From: the human T2T-CHM13v2.0 reference genome, Homo sapiens
Assembly: GCF_009914755.1 (NCBI RefSeq)
Contig: NC_060929.1
Strand: one strand, 5' to 3'
Length of the DNA stretch: 64,000 nucleotides
Shown: positions 55,401-64,000 of the stretch, one piece after another
Layout of the letters: every line of letters starts with the position of its first letter
Position numbering within the stretch: position 1 is the first letter of the stretch
Program-made: the position numbers and the translations under genes
Notes under the pieces: generated by a model
Told to the model about the DNA's origin: nothing
Seen by the model: the letters and a program-made list of their open reading frames with translations, nothing else
Database searches by the model: none

Positions 55401-56016
55401 AAAGGGGATAATTTACCTTAAAAATTTTCACTACTTTGATATATACATTTTCTGTTAATATTAAGATTCATTTGACAGCTACTCTTTCGAGCATTTCAAA
55501 ACAAGACTAATCCCAGAAGCTTCAGCTTCTTCCCTGAGCCAAGAACGAGGGGTTTTATTTGTCACATAACAGTCCATACTGTCAAAATGCATTGAAGAGT
55601 ATGAACATTTCGTGAAGAGCATGGGAATGAAAACAATGATGTATGTGAGGTCTAAATTGGACTCAGAAGACCTAGATGTGTTTCTCATCTTGACAATCAT
55701 TCTGAAAATTTCAAGGTGGGCTCATTTGTGCAGTAGGCTGATGACAAGAGTAGGGTAAAGAAGAGTGTGAAGCCCAATATCTATGTGACCATCTGGGTAT
55801 TTTTTTTCCCACAGTCAGAACTGGGGTTTGCCAACTGGAGTCTGACTCTTGAGGAAAATCTAGAGACCAAGGAGAGGGAGTACTAGCTTAGCAGCAATAG
55901 CTCAGACAAGAAGACCAGTACTTCCTGCCCACTGAGCCTTAGAAGTCTAGATTTTATAACTATGCACTGGTGGGGCCCCTGTGTTCTGATGCAGCTACAA
56001 GGTCAGTATAGACAAG

Positions 56017-57520
56017 TGATGGTGGCCACCCATTAGGAGCAGCCAGTTGCAGCGGGGGAGTCACAGCCAGGGCTGTTTGCTCCATGGAGTCAATGGGGCA
56101 GGAGCCCCACCCCCTACTGAGTTGGTGGGGTGGGATTTCTACATTCCCTAGTGCAGCTGCAGCCACCCAGAGGCAACTCTGGACCCGGGCATCCCTGCAC
56201 TTTTGGGGTCCTGGGAAGCCCTACTTCCCCAATAGTCTTGGAAGTGCCTGCTCCCACTCTTCCCTGCTCCTGCTCCAATTTCAGAGCAAAGCGGAGGCTG
56301 AGCCCAGGTGCTGTCACAACCCAGCCAGATGTGTACACATTCAGGGTGCCCTGACACTCCATGGCCCTGCTGCTTCAGCCTGCTCTGGACTTTGGGTGCC
56401 AATGAGCATGGAAGAGAGGCCAAAGGGACACTGAGGGCAGCTTGGCAGGGCCTGTAGGCACCCCTTAGCATGAACAGCCTGGGCACCATGGATGGCATGT
56501 TTATGGCAGCAGGAGAAAGACAGTATCCTGGGTTGAAAGGAACAGGTCCCTGGTGAAGCCCCATGGTCAAGCCAGGGAAGACTCGAAGCCTGGGGCCCAG
56601 GCTGCCAGTAGTGGGTGGAGTCCATGGCCCAGAGTGAGAACTTGTGGTGTTTTTCCAGGCCCACACATGGCTGCCCATGGAACAATCAGCAGGCACTTCC
56701 TCACTTCTGAGCCCATAAAAACCCCAGACTCAGCCAGACTCCAACAAATGGGACTACCAGCTGTGGGAAAAAGCTACCCACTTCAGGTCTCCTGGACTCA
56801 TCAGGATGACCTGCCCTTAGAAAGGAGCTACCCGGTGTGGGTCTTCTGAGAGCTGTTCTGTCGCTCAATAAAGCTCCTCTCTACCTTGCTCATCCTGCAG
56901 GTGTCCACATACTTCATTCTTCCTGGACACAGGATAAGGATTCGGGACCCACTGAATGGTGGGACTGAAAGAGCTGTAACACAAACAGGGCTGAAACATC
57001 CCCTCAACCCTGATTTTCTATGCTTCAGGCAATGAGAAGGAGAGAAGTGCTGAGGCTTCTCTGGGAGCCCAGAATTCTGGGATCCCCAACCTAAGTCTGT
57101 GACACCCTCTTTGGGGCTCTGCATTTCCTGGCATCTCTGAGTTTTCAGGCACCATTGTGTTCCCCTTGACCAGATGCTGGTGCCCACAACAGAAGCCTCT
57201 TGTGGTATGTCTACTCTACCTTCAGTCTCGCACAGAACCAACAGCTGTGCCAGCACCTGGAGCTGCCTGCCCTGCCACAGCCAGTGTGCCTGGCTGTGCG
57301 CAGTGGCCAGACCTTGCATTCGTTCACCCATCCCTTGCCACTCTGCACCTGGCTAGCCCTTGGCAGGTGTGGGATCCAGGCTGATAGTGCAAGCTGAGTG
57401 CAGCCTGCAAGACCAAGTGGGTGGGATGAGCCCAGTGGGCCTGAGCAAAACTTGGGCATAGGTGCCACTGGACACAGAGGTTTCCACCTGGAAAAGTGAC
57501 ACCCTAAGGATCCCGAGACA
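56017..57520 (+). mobile_element. MER52 (MER52A-like) ERV1 solo LTR
   Basis: TG...CA termini (tgatggtggcc ... aaggatcccgagaca), GC-rich and CpG-decayed, cccataaaaacccc TATA-like box, aataaa at 56867. 4-bp TSD caag / taag. Confidence 0.87.
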
Positions 57521-57589
57521 TAAGCAGTACTCTGATTTCAGAGGTGTTAAAATATATGTGCTTTGAAATCAATTGAAACACAGTAATTA

Positions 57590-57940
57590 AATAATTCATT
57601 CATCTAATAGTATCAAGGACCTACTGTGTGCTAGGTACTGTGAGAGGCCTCTAGTAATAACAGGTTGAACTGATAAAATAAAACATGTCTCTATCATTTT
57701 GATAGTTTTATGAAATCAATAGACAATTAAACAAGTAGTAATAATAAAATTTGGATGGTGCTGTGATGGGGGAATGTAGATTGATGATTGAACTAAGACC
57801 CAAGTGATATAGATACTAACCAGATAATATGTAGTGAAAATGGGGTAGCATATACTCTAATTGAAAGAAATAAACCAGAGATAATAGAAAGAGGACAATG
57901 TACATAGGAAACTAACAAAATATAGTATGGCTAGAATATA
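57590..57940 (-). mobile_element. L2 3' fragment
   Basis: attcattcatctaatag...ggacctactgtgtgctaggtactgtg. Confidence 0.65.
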
Positions 57941-57951
57941 CCGTTTGGCCC

Positions 57952-58500
57952 TGATGGGGCCCAGGAAGTGCTACCCCAAAATATGTTATATCGGTATTTG
58001 ACAATATAGAAGCAGAAGGAAGGTCACTCTCACCTTCCCCTTGAACTTCTTCCCTGAAGCTGACCACAAAATCCAGGAAGGCCATTCTCTGACTTTCTCT
58101 TACCATTTCCCCTGTGGCAGGTTATAAAACCTTTATTTAAAAGGTACCCTCCTATACCTAGAAATAAGGAACATTCTTATCTCTGAAGACACAGAAAAAC
58201 ACAGATAAGAATCCAAACAGTCCTTTCTAAGATTCCCCCAGTTTAACACTATTGGTTCATGCCCCATTTGTCCAATCATACTTCCCCATCACTGCCCACT
58301 CTTTATTAAACCTAAGCATAAAAACACATAGGTTTCCCTGTTTCTTTCTGGCTTCATTTTCTTATGAAGCCTCCTGTGTCATGTGAAACATATATTAAAG
58401 AAATTAATATGCTTTTCTCTTATTTATCTGCTTTTTGTTAAAGGGGTCTCAGCCATGACCTAATAATGGGTGAGAAAAATAATTCTTTCTTTTCCCTACA
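57952..58500 (+). mobile_element. MER34-family ERV1 solo LTR
   Basis: tgatgggg...gctaccccaaaatatg...gaaggtcactctcaccttcccc...tttccctaca; TG...CA termini. 4-bp TSD gccc / gcct. Confidence 0.75.
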
Positions 58501-59267
58501 GCCTTTGAAGTTTAAGCATCAAGAAATGTGATTAAAGAGACACACAAAAAAGAAGTTCTTGAAGGGTTGATGAGCAAAGATTAACAGAAAAGTACATTTA
58601 GATCCATAAAAGCTGTCATTTAATACACTAAGAGTCCAAATCACCCTGAGTGCATCTTCTCCTTGAGATACCCTGCTTCCTTTGGAGAAAATGGAATTAC
58701 GTGTTTGTGGTGAGAGAAAATGTTTACCTAGAGAATCAACCTGTAATTAACAGAACTTTTTGACTTGAGACATACAGGTGTGCACATGGAATGCATCTTG
58801 ACACATGCAGAGAAACTGGCTTTACATCTGGAAAGCTGAGGGCAGGATATTATTGAAAGATTCTTTCATTTGAGTATCCCAACCAAAATAATTTTAAAAT
58901 TTATATTCATAAAATGCAATACAAAATAGTAGTGAAAATGTATCAAATAGTGCTACATGTATCAACATCAATATGGCCTACAAACATCCACTTTTATTGA
59001 GCTTAAAGCCATGCAAAATGAACTACATATCATTTAATAATGTAAACATGTGGTAAAATTATTACAGAAAACCAAGGATTCTGTGTTCTATTTTGTTATG
59101 AATAAATGTTAATGTACATGTTAAGTTTTCTGTATTCTAGTTGTTATGAGAAACTAGTTCTTTTACACTATTCCCAATATCTAGTACACTCAGCACGTCA
59201 CACAATTCTTCTCACTGCTAAGATTATTTTCTATTAATCATGGCATCTTATCATACCTAAGTGTCAG

Positions 59268-59365
59268 ACTCTATGAAGGTATTATTACTCTCTCCAGTTA
59301 ACAGATGACGAAAATCAGAAATTTCTCAGCAAATGAGTAAAGGAGCTAGGACCAGACCAGGCCTG
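59268..59365 (-). mobile_element. MIR fragment
   Basis: ctctatgaaggtattattactctctccagttaacagatgacgaaaatc. Confidence 0.5.
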
Positions 59366-60047
59366 TAGCCCTGGGGCTCTTTCCTGTATAGATGTAACCT
59401 GATTGTTGACTGTGACGGTCCCTCCACAATTTATCAAAGAAGGAATGTTTTGGGCTGTCCTGTCCAAGTCAATAGTCATTAGTCCTATGTTGCTCTTGAA
59501 CACATTAAATGTGGCTCAGGAGAATCCAGGAATTCAATAAGTTGAGAAGCATCAGCTCATGTGTCAGACTCATATTTTTTTCCCAACCAGGGTCCTGATT
59601 TTGACATAACAAGCTCCCTTGGTTAACAGTTTTACCTTCTTTGGAGGTGGGCTACTCTGTCATTCTTATAATTAGGTTTTGGTCCTGGTCCTCCGCCATC
59701 TATGCCTTCCCACTGCAGAAGAAGAATGTGTTTGTGTGAGCTCTCAAAGAATCCTTTTATCGTTCCTATGACTTTTAAAATGCCTATTAATTGGAAGTAT
59801 CTTTTCCTAGAGCATCAATTATTGTGCTTAACAAGAGTCATTCAATCCTATTGTTCTTATAATCACTATTTTCCCGTACCTGTTATATGACACCACTATA
59901 ACATCTAAATTAGAGTTGTAACAATTAAACATCAATGCATGCAAGTAGATACCTGTGATTTACCTACCAACAGTGATGAAATGAATTCCTAATTTTCAAC
60001 TAGGTGGTATCTTATTGCTTGATTTCTCTGCCACCTCTAACACCAAT

Positions 60048-60240
60048 TGTCACAGGTTGAATTCTCACGGAGCAGACATTGAGATGGAGTTTTATAAGTT
60101 GTGTATTTATCAGGTATGAATATCTGTGAACTAGGGAGACAGAAAGAATGTTTTGGCAAAGGAAAAAGTCAAACTCTACTGCAGACCCTCAGACAGCCCC
60201 ATAAGCATCGGGGCAGGGACTCTAGAATGTATAGAGTTCC
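60048..60240. mobile_element. Ancient ERVL-class LTR fragment (LTR33/LTR50-like)
   Basis: tgtcacaggttgaattctcacggagcagacattgagatggagtt. Confidence 0.45.
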
Positions 60241-60319
60241 TCATTGATTGTGTTTATTTTCATTGTCTGTTTCCTCAGACATAGAAAGAGGCATATTACT
60301 CAGAGGCATATTACTCAGA

Positions 60320-63012
60320 GGGACACTGGATTTTGAAGGCAGCATACAATGGACTTGGAAAAATTACTCTGACTCATATGACAGAAGACAGAGGATTCTG
60401 TGGCAGGTCTAGGCTGCAGTAGAAGCTGAACCTACCACTTTTGCCTTATGATCAGATAAGATGATGCTTGACATTTTTGTAGTAACTAAGTTTTCTTTGT
60501 CGATTTTCTGGAATACTCCAGTTGGAATGTCACACCATAAATCCCTAGTGTTTTGGAGTCAGAGTCATGTCTTCTTGGGGAGACAACTACATGCAGTTTG
60601 AGAAGCAACTCTGGAAATACTAATGGACTCTGGTAAAGACTGAATGGCTGTGCTTGGGACTTCAAGGGATTATGCAGCTAACACTGCCCACCTTGAGCTG
60701 GGGACTATCAGATACTCTGAGCAATAAGATTATACAACTGCAACCATATGTAGGAATGAAAACCAGGATAGAACCCCTGTTAGTCCATTTGGGCTGTTGT
60801 AACAAAATGCCATAAACTTGGTGCCTTATGAAAAAGAGAAATTTATTTCTCACAGTTCTGAGGCTCAGAAGTCCAAGATTAAGGTGCTAGTAAAATTGGT
60901 GTGGTAAGCGCCCACTTATTGGTTCACGGACAGCCTCTTTTTGCTATGTGCTCATAAGATGTGAACAAACCCTCTTTGGCTTCTTTTTTAAGGGCACTGA
61001 TCCCATTCATGGGCATTGCCCTCATAACCCAAATACTTCCAAAATAGCCCACCTCATAATAACATCACCTGAAAGGTTAGAATTTTAAACTATGATTTTT
61101 GAGGAACATGTATACTCAGACTATAGCAGGACCTTATTTCATCTAGGTATATACCTAAGTTACACAAATAGGTGGCCTAGAATCCCACGTAAACTACTTA
61201 TAGTGAACCATTGTTTATCTCTTAGTTCACTTCTATGGTCTTCTAGGGAGCTCCCTATGACCAAGTGGTAGAGATGGAAAATTTGGGTCTAGTTCTCAGA
61301 TGGGTCAGCTCAATAGATGTTGTGACCTAAATATGTACTGCTGCTGTACTTAAGCCCATCCCAGGTGTGTTCCTATAGGACAGCAGTGAGGGGATATCCT
61401 CCCAGGGAGCAGAATTAGGAGTAATATCTTTGATCATTCACTTTGGTATCAAAATGGCAAATGATTTCTACTAGTTGAATTGGGACCTAAACAGACAAAA
61501 ATTGGGAATAAAAGAAAGTTGGGAATATTATAAGCAGTTGATTATGGGGAGAGAGTTCAAAGTTTGTGAATTACTGTGTGTTTCATTGATGTCTAAAAGA
61601 GAGCTTCTATCACAGAGGAGAATCTCAACCAGTATGCGAATAGGATGGCTTGTCCTGCTGATGTCACTTGGCTTGTTTCTCAGCTGCCGTGGTGTTTGTA
61701 CAATGGGCCATTTATGGTGGCAGAAATGGAACTATGTAGGGGCCCAACAGTATGAGTTCCTTCTCACTAAGGCTGATTAGCTACTGCCATTGCTAATTGG
61801 ACAAATTGTCAAAGAGAGTAACCAGTGTGGACCCCTAAAATGTTATCAACTCAAGTTGAATAATTTGGAGGCATGCTGAAATGAGACAGGTGCAATTCTA
61901 TTGGACTCTTTAAACCCTGGAGAAGGCAGTAATTTAATCTTATCAAATTGATATAATTAAGTCTGGATATGGATTTGCTTTCTTATGTACAGTACTTCTG
62001 CCAATCTTGTCATCCAGGCTCTTACAAAATCACTAATTCATTGGAATGGGATGCTGAACAATGTTGTTGTTGTAGTTGTTGTTGTTTTCAGACTAACAAT
62101 TTCCTAGCAAACAAGGTGAGGTATTAAGTGCATAGAATCCACTTCTCTCAGTACATAGCTTATTACCACAAAGCGCCAACATAATACAGTAGAATGACCT
62201 GTTAACTGTTTTGCAGAATGACACATCAGGGGCAAGACACCATGCAGGTTTGGGAGGCTGTCCTTTAAAATGCGTTATAGACATTAAACTAATGGCTAAT
62301 ATATGATGCTGTGTCCCCAATATCTAGAATCCCAGTTCCATAACCAAGAGGTAAAAGTACAATTACTCCTGTTAATCCACTTTGGAACTTTGGATTTCCC
62401 ATATTCATAATTCAGGATGTGGTACATCAGAAGTCCTGGTTTCTAATGGAGGAATGCTTCTTCCAAGAAATTCAACTTGAAGCTAAAACAATTACTTTAT
62501 TAAATTGGGCTCTTCATCACAGTGAACCAGGAGGCAAGGAAAAGAGTTACTATGCTGGCAGGAGTGATTGACATTGATTATGACAAAGAGTTAGAGTTTA
62601 TGCTGTATAACACAGGTAAAGGAGAGTAAGTTTGGGACCCAAAAGAGTCATCAAGTGTCTTTTGGTGCTTCAATGCCCAGAAATAAATCTGAATGGACAA
62701 TTTCAGCAATCAAGTTCACCATATAAAAGTCAATTAAGTGCACAGACTCCTTGGAGTAAAAGTTTGGGTCACCTCTTAGTTAACAAACCCACACTAGGTG
62801 AAGTGAGGGGGCCCTAAAATGAGTAATGGGAAGAGTTGATAAATATCAATCATCCTGGAATGATTTACAGATAGAGGGGCTATAGTTTCCAAACTAACCC
62901 TCTTATATACAGTCTTCCATAAATTTGGCAGCCTTCTAACAATTTGGAGAGTTGGCTATGAACTGGAATTAACGGAGTGCAGGAGCCTATGCAAGTGACA
63001 CACTAGAAAGAC
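60320..63012 (+). mobile_element. Degenerate ERV-L-class internal region (RT connection, RNase H, integrase, dUTPase)
   Basis: Hand translation gives QV*AAVEA (60404), DNYMQFEKQL (60583), FSDGSA (61293), DSSEGISSQGAEL (61379), SGYGFAF (61962) and VTMLAGVIDIDY (62546), in ERV-L order. Confidence 0.82.
60776..61128 (-). mobile_element. MLT1A-like MaLR solo LTR inserted in ERV-L pol
   Basis: ttagtccatttgggctg...aatttatttctcacagttctg...gtccaagattaaggtg...cagactatagca. 5-bp TSD gaacc / ggacc. Confidence 0.85.
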
Positions 63013-63518
63013 TGTGTTAAACATCTAATACACTATCTCACTTCCTCTCGGCTTCACCCACGATTCCAGTCACTAATTCAGCAAACAATATTTTGCATAC
63101 AGTGCCTCATGTTAAGCACTACCTCGCTTGATACTGCAAGTGCTTTTCTGGCATACGCTATGAGTAATTTGTGGGAGCTAGCTTAGAATTCACAAGCACA
63201 GCCCATAATTTCAGGGACTTAATGAGTCATAGGGAATCTCTGCTTAGGGGATGGGGTCTGATGGACAATTACTTCTTTCTTTCATCTCTTGAATCCTGAG
63301 ACCCTTATCTTAAGGCCTCTCAGATAGTCCAAGTGGGATTGAGCTCCCATTATTCACAGAAAAGGGCAATTTGAAACATATCTTTATATAGGCTTTCACT
63401 CCTTTTCTGTCATACTTTTCTCGATTCTTCACTTCTGCTTCCTAGGAACATTTGCCCAATAAACTATTTGCATTAAAATTCCCTTGAGCCATGTTTTAAG
63501 GGGACCTAGACTAAGACA
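63013..63518 (+). mobile_element. LTR16-like ERVL 3' LTR
   Basis: Directly follows the internal region; TG...CA termini; gtgggattgagctccca, cccaataaactatttgca, ends ggggacctagactaagaca. Confidence 0.72.
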
Positions 63519-64000
63519 TGCATATGCACATTGTTCTAAGACTAGATTCCTTGTTTTTATTATCTCCAGGGTGTCCCTACATCTTTCAAAAGCATCAGAA
63601 TAGATTAGACCTCTAGAGGTGTGGAGATTTAAAAACAAGACTAAAATACCTTCCCCAAAACACAGTATTTTAGAGGAGGACATAATAGAGGAGCCTATGG
63701 AGGAGAGAGGACAAGCCATTGAGTGAAAAGTAATATTAGAGTTTCAAATCATATATCATGAAAATTTTGGCAGGTAGATTTTCAGATCCTGGGATCACTC
63801 AAAAATCAAACTTTAAAATTAGGATAATTTGAAAACATATATTAAAGTGACTAAAATCATTTTAATTCATTATTTGGAATCAAGTCTGAGACATTTTCTT
63901 TTATGATGCATTCATTCAAGCTGCAAACACAGAAAAAATATTGAGAGTAATATTTGCAAGTGAAGGTTTCATAAAATAAATAATTTCAGAAAGTCTGCAG

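Noticed and set aside
55960-57468. Dense overlapping ORFs up to 182 aa
   Set aside because: All lie in the GC-rich MER52 LTR, where stop codons are rare; no recognisable domains.

Overview
AT-rich, CpG-poor, non-coding (intronic or intergenic) DNA from human or another hominid. The SVA, AluY/AluYe-like, L1PA and LTR13 elements point to a great-ape lineage. I recognise no host protein-coding exon, RNA gene or CpG island. The recognisable ORFs are decayed L1 ORF2 or Tigger1 transposase fragments, or spurious Alu/SVA/LTR frames; the rest are short and uninformative. The window is dominated by transposons: old L1M, L2 and MIR, DNA transposon fossils, nine Alu-family copies, two 5'-truncated L1PA, solo LTRs (LTR13, MLT1A, MST, MER52, MER34-like) and an ERV-L pol/dUTPase remnant with its LTR. 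A near full-length Tigger1 (44.3-51.4 kb) hosts nested MER1B, two AluJ and an L1PA that itself carries an SVA_A with an atypical (CCTT)n head. The most notable signal not explained by repeat annotation is a ~98% identical, ~165-bp inverted duplication flanking a 447-bp spacer at 28.05-28.84 kb. Other signals are several short fold-back (template-switch-like) scars, an old direct duplication of an LTR/flank junction, and a few TF-motif clusters in unique DNA. I found no convincing evidence of a wholly new biological system. Subfamily names come from remembered consensus sequences, not from a database search.
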